From Candidatus Poribacteria bacterium (lineage in GTDB: Bacteria; Poribacteria; WGA-4E; WGA-3G), in NCBI GenBank assembly GCA_022824265.1, contig JAJEAG010000051.1, positions 12,818 through 76,817 on the forward strand: DNA of 64,000 bases, read 5' to 3'. The notes under the pieces were generated by a model. The model was not told where the DNA came from. It made no database searches and saw only the letters and a list, made by a program, of their open reading frames with translations. Both the position numbers and the translations under genes were made by a program. Position 1 is the stretch's first letter. Each line of letters opens with the position of its first letter. Positions 19,557 to 29,809 of this stretch are shown here, in pieces.

Positions 19557-19991
19557 ATGATAGCACACAGCAGAGGAGTTCAAATATTTCAGGGCATTAT
19601 TAGCGTAATTTTGGGTGGAGTCAGTATACTACTGGCTATATTGTTACGACAATCCGCATATTCAACGATGACACTGATTACTTTTTTCGTTGTCGGCATT
19701 ACCCTAATTTTCTCAGGGGACTACCTAATAAATCCGTTCGGTCTACCAGTAAATTCATTGAAGCAACAACTTTTTGGTGAAATGTGTTTGATTGCTTATG
19801 GTGTGTTTTATGTTAATATTGGTGTATCCCGTTTGTTACAACCTCTCGTTGTATATAACATATCACAATATCTACATCCAGTTTGGATTCGCAGAGGCAT
19901 AAGCACCGTTGGAATATTATTAATCATTGGTGGAATTTACGGTATTTATCAATTACTGCAAGTAGGTTTGGCTGAACCCCCACAAGAATAG
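19557..19991 (+). CDS. Small integral membrane protein, hypothetical
   Basis: Four hydrophobic helix-length segments; no recognised family. Confidence 0.4.
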   Translation: MIAHSRGVQIFQGIISVILGGVSILLAILLRQSAYSTMTLITFFVVGITLIFSGDYLINPFGLPVNSLKQQLFGEMCLIAYGVFYVNIGVSRLLQPLVVYNISQYLHPVWIRRGISTVGILLIIGGIYGIYQLLQVGLAEPPQE

Positions 19992-20025
19992 AGGATGTAT
20001 TGAGTTCCTTACTTCTGGCAATAAA

Positions 20026-20331
20026 TCAACGAGCAATAATCACCGCATAACGTAAAGGAATCTTACCGATATTCTTGATTCCATGTAAGACTTGGCAATC
20101 CACGTGCACAGCTTCGTTATCGCTAATCTGGTGCGTCTGTTCCCCGAATAGCACTTCACCCTTACCAGAAAAAACATAGAATATTTCCTGTCCATCATGA
20201 GTGTGAGGTGGATGTGCGCGTTGTCCCGGCCCAACTTCCGATATATGTAGACTTAGCTGTCCTCTATCTGCTCCAGTTTCAAATACAAACCGATCAATGC
20301 CTTTAATATCTGTCCTTACTTTTTCTGCCAT
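20026..20331 (-). CDS. Cupin-domain protein
   Basis: HPPHTHDGQEIFYVFSGKGE cupin_2 metal-binding motif. Confidence 0.7.
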   Translation of the reverse strand: MAEKVRTDIKGIDRFVFETGADRGQLSLHISEVGPGQRAHPPHTHDGQEIFYVFSGKGEVLFGEQTHQISDNEAVHVDCQVLHGIKNIGKIPLRYAVIIAR

Positions 20332-20544
20332 TTCATACCTCCTAATCTATATACCCATCATTCTACCACACAACTATATGCCTTTCAAGTAGAATACAAG
20401 GGTATTCTAAGTAATATAAGTTAGTCAAGGTTCGCTTGCAACATACGACAGGACACACTTATGTCGGAGCGATTCACACAAGTTGTCTTCAGCAACTACG
20501 TATGGTATACTCTAAATAAATAGAACGTATCTCATAAACCACTT

Positions 20545-20567
20545 GTAGGGGCGGAGTCTCCCGCCCG
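20545..20567. repeat. Palindromic REP-like element GTAGGGGCGGAGTCTCCCGCCCG
   Basis: Member of the GTAGGGGCGAGG.TCTCC.CGCCCG family seen again at 21723, 22097, 26547 and 31209. Confidence 0.6.
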
Positions 20568-20609
20568 ACTAAAATAAATTTTATTATACATATCGCGCGG
20601 AAAGATACA

Positions 20610-21512
20610 ATGGCACGAAACAAGTTGAAAGACAGTATTGTATATCAAATCGTTATCTTCATTGCTTGGACTTGCCGCCTTATCCCCCAAAAAATGGCAA
20701 TGTTGCTTGCCACTATCATTGGCAAGTTACTATTTCTGATACTCAAAAAACGTCGACAGATCGCACTCAAAAACTTACAAATAGCATTTGGAAACAGTAT
20801 TGATGAAAGACAACGACGAAAAATATGTAAAGCAAGTTTTATCAACTTAAGTAAAACAACAGTTGAATTCATGCGTTTCACCAAATTGAATCCTGAGAAT
20901 ATATGGAATGACGTTACCGTAGACGGAGTAGAACATCTAAATATCGCACTGGAAAAAGGAAAAGGGGCAATTGTATTTCTGCCACACTTTGGGAATTGGG
21001 AACTTCTTTCACTTGTCTATGGAACGCTCATCCCAAACCGCGCGAAAGCGATTGCATTTCCACTCAAAAACACAAAACTCAATGACTATGTTTGGCGAAT
21101 TAGGGAACTTATGAGTTTAGAAATTATACCACGAAAAAATGCCATTCGTGCGACATTACGCGCACTTAAAAATAACGATGCGGTCGGTTTTTTTGCTGAT
21201 CAAAACGCAGGGGATCAAGGAGTGTTCATCGAATTTTTTGGTAAACCTGCTTCTACGGCAAGAGGTCCAGTTTCAATCGCACTGAAAACGAATGCACCGA
21301 TACTATTTTCATTGGATATTCGGCAACCCAATGACCATCATCAAGTCCATATTTTACCACCGATTTATTTGGAACCATCTGACAATTTTGAGTATGATGT
21401 CAAAAAATACACTACCATACTTTTGAAAGAATTGGAGAATTACATAGAACAATATCCAGATCAGTGGCTATGGCTACACAACCGATGGAAAACACAACCT
21501 AACCAGAATTGA
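20610..21512 (+). CDS. Lipid A biosynthesis acyltransferase, LpxL/HtrB (Kdo2-lipid IVA acyltransferase) family
   Basis: PHFGNWE catalytic motif (HX4E), N-terminal membrane anchor, about 300 aa. Confidence 0.75.
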   Translation: MARNKLKDSIVYQIVIFIAWTCRLIPQKMAMLLATIIGKLLFLILKKRRQIALKNLQIAFGNSIDERQRRKICKASFINLSKTTVEFMRFTKLNPENIWNDVTVDGVEHLNIALEKGKGAIVFLPHFGNWELLSLVYGTLIPNRAKAIAFPLKNTKLNDYVWRIRELMSLEIIPRKNAIRATLRALKNNDAVGFFADQNAGDQGVFIEFFGKPASTARGPVSIALKTNAPILFSLDIRQPNDHHQVHILPPIYLEPSDNFEYDVKKYTTILLKELENYIEQYPDQWLWLHNRWKTQPNQN

Positions 21513-21530
21513 CTGAGATAGGACTTAGAC

Positions 21531-21790
21531 ACAAGCAGTAGGCGCGCTTTGTAAGCGCGCTGGACTTCAATAGTAATACCATTTCTAAATAATAACTTCT
21601 CATTAACAAAAAACGCGTTTGTAGTCGCGCAATTCATTGCCAAATCAACGCCAAATGCGCCAAATCAACGGTATGAATGCCATTGGCATGCCCCGTATGG
21701 CATTTGTCGCCTCGGACATTCCGTAGGGGCGAGGTCTCCCCGCCCGTATTCTCACATACAGTCCCGTAGGTCGGGTAGAGCGAAGCGCAA
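21531..21790 (+). repeat. Composite dispersed intergenic repeat, copy R1: GC hairpin, ~85-bp core, and GTAGGGGCGAGG palindrome module
   Basis: GGCGCGCTTTGTAAGCGCGC + TGGACTTCAATAGTAA + ATTTCTAAATAATAACTT...GCCAAATGCGC + GTAGGGGCGAGGTCTCCCCGCCCGTATTCTCACATACAGTCCCGTAGGTCGGG. Nearly identical to 26384..26610 apart from two indels. Confidence 0.7.
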
Positions 21791-22096
21791 CCCATGTCTA
21801 TCTGAACCATAGAACGTCATGCACAAAAATCAGCGCAATCTATCAGAATCGCAGCATAATGCAATTAGGTTTCAGACGTTACAAAGAGACATTGATATAC
21901 CAAAATCTTTCAGTGTATTCACCGTCTTCAGTGCTTTCCGTGATTCAGACAATTAGCACTATCAAATACCTTTCACACGAAGGCATAATCCTTAAGTTGA
22001 GACCTATGGGTTTCGTCCCTCAACCCGACCTACAGGACATTATGACAATTTGTCAATTAGAAATGGTATAACTTGGGTACTTCTCACAAATCCCTT

Positions 22097-22119
22097 GTAG
22101 GGACGGGGTCTCTCCGCCC
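22097..22119. repeat. REP-like palindrome GTAGGGACGGGGTCTCTCCGCCC, preceded by the TTCTCACAAATCCC module
   Basis: Same family as 21723..21746. An inverted half-copy (CCCGACCTACAGGAC) sits at about 22024. Confidence 0.5.
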
Positions 22120-22350
22120 AAATAGAAGCACTTTTCTTTCTGGGACGAGTCAACTTATCTTCTATGATGAAGATGTGATTTTCTGCAAGACATCAGATAA
22201 ACGATTTATGAGATAGACCGTAATAACTGAATGGTTCCATAGCCAGTGTAACAAATTTGCATTGCACAATCCTTGATGTTATGGTATGATATAAAGACAC
22301 ATAACACAATACCAATTTATGAGTCAATTTTTCCGTAGTGGGGTGCTCTC

Positions 22351-23886
22351 ATGAAAAGATTTACTTTGTCCTTCATCGTTTTAGTAGTCGCAATAGGGCT
22401 TCCATTGCTTATTATCCATTCAAGCGAAAAGGTGGCAACGAGTGACGATGAACGGATTACACTCAGAATGTTGAATCAAGCACTCGCGACCGCAATAATG
22501 ACCACCGAAGAAAATTACTATAAACCGGTAGATAGAAATGCAATGTACCGTGGCGCAATCAAAGGTGCACTTGCTGCTATGGGTGACCCATACACCTATC
22601 TCCTATCAGAGCGAGACCATCAACGTTCTGTCGAAAATCTATATAACGCAAATTTCGGTGGGATTGGCGTTGGAATATACCCCGACCATCGCGGCTTCAT
22701 AAAAATATCTAAACCTATTCCGGGAACACCCGCAGACTCCGCACATTTACAAGCGGGAGATTACATCACCAAAGTCAATGGAAAGCAAATATACTTAGGG
22801 GACAGAACAGGTATGACGGTTGATGATGTTGTCGACCTACTTAGAGGGGCAGTCGATACTGATGTCACCATAACCGTACAACGAAAATTCCTTGAACCTT
22901 TTGATGTAAAACTAAAACGCGCTAAAATCTCAGTTCCGAGCGTTACAACTACAATGTTGGACGACAAAATCGGTTATATCCGAATCACAAAATTCATCGG
23001 TACGAACCGAGTTGGTGGAACAGAAGAGGAATTTAACAAAGCACTCGCAGCGCATCAGAAGGCAGGCATGCAGGCACTAATATTGGATTTGAGAAGTAAT
23101 CAAGGTGGTTTACTTGATGCTGCATACCATATCGCAGACGCTTTTATTGATAAAGGTATTATTGTGTCAACAAAAGGAAGGAAAAGCGAATTTGATGAAG
23201 AATATCCTGCACACACAGATATCTTATGTGACCCCGAAATACCGGTTGTTGTTCTCGTTGATGAATATAGCGCAAGTGCATCTGAAATCGTAGCTGGAGC
23301 AATAAAAGACACAGGTCGAGGCATTCTTGTTGGCACAAAAACCTACGGAAAAGGCGTTGTCCAAAAACGATATCCTCTGACAAGTCTCGGTGCAATTTCT
23401 CTTACCATCTCATCGTATTATACTCCTAACGGAACGTCAATTGACAAATCAGGTATTACCCCACATGTACCAGTCACCGAACAACAACCTGAGAGAATTG
23501 AACAGATGATGCATCGGCTTGTTGTAGAAAAGAAATCGGTTGAGAATTATGTGGCAAATTGGATTGAAGATGAAGTCAAACGGACAGGAGAAATTCCCAA
23601 AGATTTCGCACCACTTGAGGCAACACTGACAGAATTTAGAAATAAACTCGCAGATGATGGGTACCGCGTTAGTCTACGGTGGTTGATAATTCGTGCTGAA
23701 CAACTTTTTAATATCAATGCTGGTATTGAACGAATTGTAAATTTACGTCATGACACGCAGCTACAAGAAGCAATCCGAATTATAAAGGAAGATGAGGTAG
23801 GAAGCACAATTAAGTTGTACCAAACACTTGATAAGATACTGATATATATGGGACAAGAATTGCAGACTCTGGTGCGTGGTGTTTGA
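22351..23886 (+). CDS. ctpA: S41-family C-terminal processing peptidase (Prc/CtpA) with PDZ domain
   Basis: PDZ segment GGIGVGIY...PGTPADSAHLQAGDYITKVNG, LDLRSNQGGLL and TYGKGVVQ catalytic-region motifs, and an N-terminal signal anchor. Confidence 0.88.
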   Translation: MKRFTLSFIVLVVAIGLPLLIIHSSEKVATSDDERITLRMLNQALATAIMTTEENYYKPVDRNAMYRGAIKGALAAMGDPYTYLLSERDHQRSVENLYNANFGGIGVGIYPDHRGFIKISKPIPGTPADSAHLQAGDYITKVNGKQIYLGDRTGMTVDDVVDLLRGAVDTDVTITVQRKFLEPFDVKLKRAKISVPSVTTTMLDDKIGYIRITKFIGTNRVGGTEEEFNKALAAHQKAGMQALILDLRSNQGGLLDAAYHIADAFIDKGIIVSTKGRKSEFDEEYPAHTDILCDPEIPVVVLVDEYSASASEIVAGAIKDTGRGILVGTKTYGKGVVQKRYPLTSLGAISLTISSYYTPNGTSIDKSGITPHVPVTEQQPERIEQMMHRLVVEKKSVENYVANWIEDEVKRTGEIPKDFAPLEATLTEFRNKLADDGYRVSLRWLIIRAEQLFNINAGIERIVNLRHDTQLQEAIRIIKEDEVGSTIKLYQTLDKILIYMGQELQTLVRGV

Positions 23887-24086
23887 ACTTTTAGATTCCA
23901 TAGAACGAAGTAAAACCCAACATGGTAATAGGCACGCTCGCGTGTCGTAACCAATCCGGTTGGTGCAGTTACCTGAAGAATACCACACAGATTTGTATTT
24001 TACTTTACCCACTGAGACGTGCGTTTTTTCTATCCAACTCCTGCCGGTTAGGAGCTGCTGAGTATTTACTCTCCGACAAAAAATAA

Positions 24087-26018
24087 ATGAATCCACAACC
24101 CTCGCAAACTACCGAGGTCATCACAAAAAAAGCGATAATTGTTGGTTTAATCCTCGTTATCGTCAACGCATACTGGGTCGGAATAGCAAGTGAACTCTGG
24201 TATGCAGTCTACACACTTGTTTCCCCTTTTTCAAATGCAGTCTTCACGCTGGTAGTCCTACTCGCACTGAATGTTATCCTCCGCAAAATAACACCTCGTT
24301 TCGCTTTTACACCTGCCGAATTGCTACTCATCTACATCATGGTAACGATGGTCTCCACCATATCGGGGCATGCGATGATGGCAATCCTGATGGGTACTCT
24401 TGCCCACCCGTTCTGGTTCGCCACACCAGAAAATGAGTGGGCACAATTCTTTTTACACCACATCCCCGAATGGTTAACGGTACATGAATCCGAATGGTTA
24501 GCTGGTTATTATGAAGGTGAATCAAGTCTATATCTACCTGAGCATATACGTATATGGGTAAAACCTGTACTTATCTGGTCAACGTTTATTCTATTTCTAT
24601 ACGGATCGTTGCTGTGCTTAGGACTGCTGATACGAAAACAGTGGATGGAACGCGAAAAATTAAGCTTTCCATTAACACAGTTACCTTTGCAAATGACAAC
24701 CAACCGCAGTTTCTTCACTACGCGATCGCTTTGGATAGGGTTTGGTATAGCAGCATTGATACGTGTAATTGCAGGTTTGCACGACCTATTTCCAGTAATA
24801 CCCGCTTTGCCTTCAAGTTACCGACTTGATAGACATCTCACAGACAGACCTTGGAACGCTGTCGGTTATGTCTCAATGAACTTCAATCTCGCAATCGTTG
24901 GATTGACCTATTTCATGCCACTTGATCTTGCCTTCTCAACGTGGTTTTTCTTCTGGCTTACACGTGCTGAACGAGTGATTGCAAGTGCAGTCGGTATAAC
25001 AAATATCAGCAAACTACACCTCAATGATCGCGCATCGGGGGCTTGGATAGGAATTGCTGTGCTGACTTTATGGATGGGACGTAGACACATCATAAGGTTT
25101 TTTAGGCATGTTGTCGGACTTGAACGAGGTGATGATAGCAATGAACCTATATCCTACCGAACAACAGCGATTCTTACTATTCTCAGCATGGGTGCAGTAT
25201 TCGTCTTCTGTTACATCGCAGGGATGTCGTTATGGGTGATTGGAGTCTTTTACGGGTTGTTTATTGCATTTGCCTTAGCAATCGGACGAGTTCGCGCTGA
25301 ACTTGGACCACCCTACCATGAGGTAATTGGTATTAATCCACGTCAAATCATGGTCAATACATTCGGTTCGCGTAGCTTAGGAGCAGCAAACCTAACCGTA
25401 ATGACGTTTCTTTACGCATTTAACCGATGCAACCGTTCACATCCAATGCCAAACCAAATTGAATCGCTCAGAATCGGTGATCAAGCAAAGATTCCTGGTA
25501 AGACCCTACTACTATGTATGGCACTTGCAATCGGTGTTGGTGCATTTGCAACGTTCTGGACATATCTGCATGTAGGGTATCATTACGGTGTACTGGCGAG
25601 GTGTCAAGGTCACGTTGGACACTTCGGCTGGGAAAGTTTCAATCCGCTTCAGAGTTGGTTGCAGCATCCAAAAGAAGCGAATGTCAGCGCAATCGTATTT
25701 ATGGGTGCAGGTTTCGTTTTTGTGTTCCTACTTAATTTCTTAAGGACACGTCTGCTATGGTGGACACTACATCCATCTGGATACGTCCTTTCTGGTGCGT
25801 CATGGGGTGGTCTTATCTATTTTTGGTTTCCTGTGATGGTCAGTTGGTTCATAAAGTTTATGATTCTACGATTTTCTGGATGGCAAACCTACCGCAGAGC
25901 AATACCGTTTTTCCTCGGATTAGTTTTAGGTGATTTTGTACCGCGTAGTATACTCAGTATAATTAGTTTTGTGATGAATCTATATATGCCTTCTTCTGGT
26001 GCTGGACATACCCTATAA
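24087..26018 (+). CDS. Large polytopic integral membrane protein (at least 12 predicted TM helices), uncharacterised family
   Basis: 643 aa with many helix-length hydrophobic segments rich in W/F/Y. No catalytic motif recognised. Confidence 0.55.
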   Translation: MNPQPSQTTEVITKKAIIVGLILVIVNAYWVGIASELWYAVYTLVSPFSNAVFTLVVLLALNVILRKITPRFAFTPAELLLIYIMVTMVSTISGHAMMAILMGTLAHPFWFATPENEWAQFFLHHIPEWLTVHESEWLAGYYEGESSLYLPEHIRIWVKPVLIWSTFILFLYGSLLCLGLLIRKQWMEREKLSFPLTQLPLQMTTNRSFFTTRSLWIGFGIAALIRVIAGLHDLFPVIPALPSSYRLDRHLTDRPWNAVGYVSMNFNLAIVGLTYFMPLDLAFSTWFFFWLTRAERVIASAVGITNISKLHLNDRASGAWIGIAVLTLWMGRRHIIRFFRHVVGLERGDDSNEPISYRTTAILTILSMGAVFVFCYIAGMSLWVIGVFYGLFIAFALAIGRVRAELGPPYHEVIGINPRQIMVNTFGSRSLGAANLTVMTFLYAFNRCNRSHPMPNQIESLRIGDQAKIPGKTLLLCMALAIGVGAFATFWTYLHVGYHYGVLARCQGHVGHFGWESFNPLQSWLQHPKEANVSAIVFMGAGFVFVFLLNFLRTRLLWWTLHPSGYVLSGASWGGLIYFWFPVMVSWFIKFMILRFSGWQTYRRAIPFFLGLVLGDFVPRSILSIISFVMNLYMPSSGAGHTL

Positions 26019-26383
26019 CACTTGAAATATGATATAATAGAAGTTATACCAATTCTAATAATTATTATCCCATTACTGGATTCAACCATTGTTGATTGGC
26101 AATCTTTCTTCTGTAGGAGCAACCTACTATCCTGAAAATCTCGGTTTAGTCAATACTGAAAACTGAAAACTAAACCAAAAAACTGAAACAGACATCAAAC
26201 ATATTGGATATATATTGTTATCAAAATCAATAACACTACACGACCAAACGACCATCAAGTATAATATAACCCAACATCCAACACAGAACTTGCAAAATCG
26301 AGAAAACCAATGACAACATATCAAAACACAAAACCGAAAAAAAACAACTAAATGGAGATTATGGTAAAATTCATAATTATATC

Positions 26384-26610
26384 ATTTCTAAATAATAACT
26401 TTTCATCAACAAAAAACGCGTTCGTAGTCGCGCAATTCATTGCCAAATCAACGCCAAATGCGCTTATGGCATTTGTCGCCTCGGACATTTGGATTTATTA
26501 AGTCTCAAAATGTGGTTTTATTTATTAGAATTGGTATTACATTCTCGTAGGGGCGAGATTTCCTCGCCCGCATTCTCACATACAGTCCTGTAGGTCAGAA
26601 CGAGTGAAGT
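26384..26610 (+). repeat. Composite dispersed intergenic repeat, copy R2 (direct copy of R1)
   Basis: ATTTCTAAATAATAACTTTTCATCAACAAAAAACGCGTTCGTAGTCGCGCAATTCATTGCCAAATCAACGCCAAATGCGC ... GTAGGGGCGAGATTTCCTCGCCCGCATTCTCACATACAGTCCTGTAGGTC. Confidence 0.7.
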
Positions 26611-26904
26611 GACCTCAGACAACAAGCGATTCAGACAAGCAAGAATCATTAAATTGATGCCTATGGTGTGTTTTCAAATTGACACTTATATCTTAAATAA
26701 AACAGAACTAAAATGGAGCAAAATAAAAAACGAAAATCGCGTCACATTCCTTGTCCTGATTGGATTCATCACGTCATTGTGACGTAACAAAAGGTCACAA
26801 TTTCATTAGGCAAAGTTATAATTCATGCGGTAAGACATTCATACACGCCGAATACCTTAATGAAGATTGATTTATTCTTTCGGTAATATGAATGTCCCCA
26901 AAAC

Positions 26905-27065
26905 CTGTAAGCGTGCTGGACTTCAATAGTAAATTATCAAATTTATTTCTTAAGTTTCATAATGGTATTCATACCGTTGATTTGGGAAATGCCGTAAGCG
27001 CATTTGGCATTGATTCAAGGTAGATCCTATAACTATTCCACGAAAATGGCACTTTATTTGTTAGA
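26905..27065 (-). repeat. Inverted mosaic copy (R3) of the composite repeat
   Basis: Begins with the forward head GTAAGCGTGCTGGACTTCAATAGTAA, then continues as the reverse complement of the core (CCGTTGATTTGG = revcomp of CCAAATCAACGG; GCATTTGGCATTGATT = revcomp of AATCAATGCCAAATGC). Confidence 0.6.
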
Positions 27066-27079
27066 AATGGTATTATATT

Positions 27080-28123
27080 ATGACACCACTACTTTCTGTC
27101 AATTCCATAACAAAACAGTTCGCATCAACTCCCATTGTAACGGATGTCAGTTTTGATGTATATCCAGGAGAAATTTTCGCACTATTGGGAGCAAGCGGGT
27201 GTGGCAAAACAACTACTTTACGCTTGATTGCAGGCTTTGAAAAAGCAGACTCAGGCACTATTTTAATGGGAGATCGTGTTCTTGAAGACCAAAATATACA
27301 TATTCCATCCGAATTACGAGGAATTGGGTTTGTTTTTCAAGATTACGCACTTTTTCCTGACAAGAACGTGATACATAACGTTGCATTCGGACTTAGTCGC
27401 AAGTTGTCAAAAAATGTGCGGTACACGACTGCCATGGATTCCCTTGAGCGAGTCGGCATTGCACACTTGCATGAGCGAATGCCACATCATCTCTCTGGTG
27501 GAGAACAGCAACGAGTCGCATTAGCTCGTTCTCTGGCAACGCAACCGAAGCTGCTGCTATTAGATGAACCTTTTTCAAGCCTTGATGCGGGTCTTCGTCA
27601 AGAAACAAGAGAAGAGGTACGTGAATTATTAAAAGCAGCAGAAATCACTGTGGTACTTGTAACACATGACCAAGAAGAAGCATTGAGTTTTGCTGAACGT
27701 GTGGTAGTCATGAACAGCGGTACTATTGAACAGATCGGCACTCCGGAAGAGGTATACCAACACCCAAAAACTGTATATGTCGCCAGATTTCTTGGGACAA
27801 CGAATATCATTGAAACAGACATCAAAAACGGAGCTGCAGAAACACCATTTGGAACGTTGCCAGTAGATTCTCCAAACACAACACAAGCACTCCTTTCAAT
27901 TCGTCCAGAACATATTCGCATAGAAAAACATATCCCTGATACTGGTGATAATAAATTTGGTCGTATTACTGCCCGTGAATTCAAAGGACACGATTTAACA
28001 TACCGCGTTGAAGTTGAAGGAAAACCTTACTTTATCCAAACCGACTACCAACAGCACTTCAAAGTCGGTGATGCGGTAACTTTGAAACCAATTGAAGCGG
28101 TTGTTATTGAGGATAAATCGTGA
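27080..28123 (+). CDS. ABC transporter ATP-binding protein with C-terminal TOBE-type domain (PotA/FbpC/CysA/MalK-like importer ATPase)
   Basis: Walker [10 protein letters not shown], signature [13 protein letters not shown], Walker B LLLLDEP, and a ~110-aa C-terminal extension. Confidence 0.85.
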   Translation: MTPLLSVNSITKQFASTPIVTDVSFDVYPGEIFALLGASGCGKTTTLRLIAGFEKADSGTILMGDRVLEDQNIHIPSELRGIGFVFQDYALFPDKNVIHNVAFGLSRKLSKNVRYTTAMDSLERVGIAHLHERMPHHLSGGEQQRVALARSLATQPKLLLLDEPFSSLDAGLRQETREEVRELLKAAEITVVLVTHDQEEALSFAERVVVMNSGTIEQIGTPEEVYQHPKTVYVARFLGTTNIIETDIKNGAAETPFGTLPVDSPNTTQALLSIRPEHIRIEKHIPDTGDNKFGRITAREFKGHDLTYRVEVEGKPYFIQTDYQQHFKVGDAVTLKPIEAVVIEDKS

Positions 28124-28258
28124 TGTAAATCTAAAACATTTGTTTTACGTTCTATTTTGATTCCATTTCTAATCTATAATGTGTTAAAATAATTGTGTGA
28201 AATTACGTGTCTTTATGAAATCTATTTTGAATATTCGAACAAATAGTAAGGAAATCTG

Positions 28259-28972
28259 ATGGAAGCCAAAATATTGATTGTAGAGGATGAACGTGATATC
28301 GTAGAGTTGCTAAGGTATAACCTACGACAGGAAGATTTTAAAGTTGATGCTGTCCGCAATGGTGCTGACGCGTTACAGCGCGCAGTTGATAATCCACCTG
28401 ACCTGATTCTATTAGACCTTATGCTACCTGAAGTTGATGGATTAATTGTTTGTCGCCTCCTCAAGAATGACCCTCGCACAAAAAACATTCCTATTGTGAT
28501 GCTCACCGCAAAAACGGAAGAGAGTGACCGCGTTACCGGTCTTGAGTTAGGCGCAGATGATTACATTACAAAACCTTTCAGTCCGCGCGAGGTAGTCCTA
28601 CGTATCAATGCTGTCCTACGGAGGCTCAAAGCAAGCAGTGAGACAGAGGATGAAAATCAAATTCAAACCCACGGTGTGACAATTGACATGGACAGACATC
28701 AAGTGTTGACTGAAAATGGAGCGATTGATCTCACTGCTACGGAGTTTAAACTGATAACCTTGTTTGCACGTTCACCGGGACGAGTTTTTTCTCGTGATAT
28801 TCTGATGGATGTCATCTGGGGACAGGAATATTACGGTATTGATAGGACTGTTGATACACACGTCAGTCGACTCAGGCGTAAACTTGGCGATTTAGGGAAA
28901 GATATTGAAACTGTGTACGGTGTTGGGTATCGACTTAAAGTAGAAAAAGATCTAAAAGAAAAAAAGAAGTGA
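28259..28972 (+). CDS. OmpR/PhoB-family two-component response regulator
   Basis: Receiver motifs ILIVEDE...LLDLMLP...KTEESD (phospho-Asp region) and a winged-helix C-terminus VIWGQEYYGIDRTVDTHVSRLRRKLG. Confidence 0.9.
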   Translation: MEAKILIVEDERDIVELLRYNLRQEDFKVDAVRNGADALQRAVDNPPDLILLDLMLPEVDGLIVCRLLKNDPRTKNIPIVMLTAKTEESDRVTGLELGADDYITKPFSPREVVLRINAVLRRLKASSETEDENQIQTHGVTIDMDRHQVLTENGAIDLTATEFKLITLFARSPGRVFSRDILMDVIWGQEYYGIDRTVDTHVSRLRRKLGDLGKDIETVYGVGYRLKVEKDLKEKKK

Positions 28973-29025
28973 TCAGAGAAAAACAGTAGACTATATTTCT
29001 ATTTCCAAAAGAATGGAGCCATTGA

Positions 29026-29796
29026 ATGAACTTAAGACTAAGAGATAAAGTTGTCGTTGTGACTGGAGCAAGCCGTGGAATAGGGAGAGCAATAGCAAAC
29101 GGCTTTGCTGAAGAGGGGGCAAGACTCAGTATCTGTGGGAGAGACCCAGATACATTACAATCCGCAACAGAGGGACTCACCGCACACGGTATAAAGGTCG
29201 TGTCAAAACCAACCGATGTAACTGATGCCGCACAAGTGGAAGCATTTATAGCAGAAACCTTGGATCGATTCACAAGAATTGATGTCGTCGTCAATAATGT
29301 TGGTGGGAGTCGGTGGACACCATTAAACGAGATTTCTGATGAGGAATGGCACGAAATTCTCGATCTTAATCTCGTTACCGCTACCCGTATCAATAGACTT
29401 GCTATCCCCGTAATGCAGAAGCAAGGTGAAGGTGTAATCCTTATGATTACCTCTATCTATGGTAGAGAAGGCGGAGGGCATATTACCTATAACGCTGCGA
29501 AAGCCGCTGAGATCAGTATGACGAAATCGTTGGCGAAGGAACTTGCACCTGACAATATCCGTGTCAATAGTATCGCACCAGGATCTATCCTATTTCCCGG
29601 TGGTGGTTGGGATCGTCGTATGAAAGCGGATCCAGAAAAGATGAAAGCATTTGTTGAAAGCGAAATGCCACTCGGTCGTTTCGGCAAGCCAGAAGAGATT
29701 GCTAATGTTGCTGTATTCCTTGCCTCCGAACGCGCAAGCCTTGTTACTGGTGCATGTATCAATGTTGACGGGTGTCAATCACGGTCTAATATCTGA
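29026..29796 (+). CDS. SDR-family oxidoreductase (FabG-like short-chain dehydrogenase)
   Basis: VVVTGASRGIGRAIA cofactor motif, YNAAK catalytic motif, PGSILFPG motif. Confidence 0.85.
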   Translation: MNLRLRDKVVVVTGASRGIGRAIANGFAEEGARLSICGRDPDTLQSATEGLTAHGIKVVSKPTDVTDAAQVEAFIAETLDRFTRIDVVVNNVGGSRWTPLNEISDEEWHEILDLNLVTATRINRLAIPVMQKQGEGVILMITSIYGREGGGHITYNAAKAAEISMTKSLAKELAPDNIRVNSIAPGSILFPGGGWDRRMKADPEKMKAFVESEMPLGRFGKPEEIANVAVFLASERASLVTGACINVDGCQSRSNI

Positions 29797-29809
29797 AGAT
29801 AGAAATAAC

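Noticed and set aside
21859-22071. 70-aa ORF in the repeat-rich intergenic region
   Set aside because: It lies across repeat modules (inverted GTAGGTCGGG half-site and REP neighbourhood) with no ribosome-binding site. It is likely non-coding.
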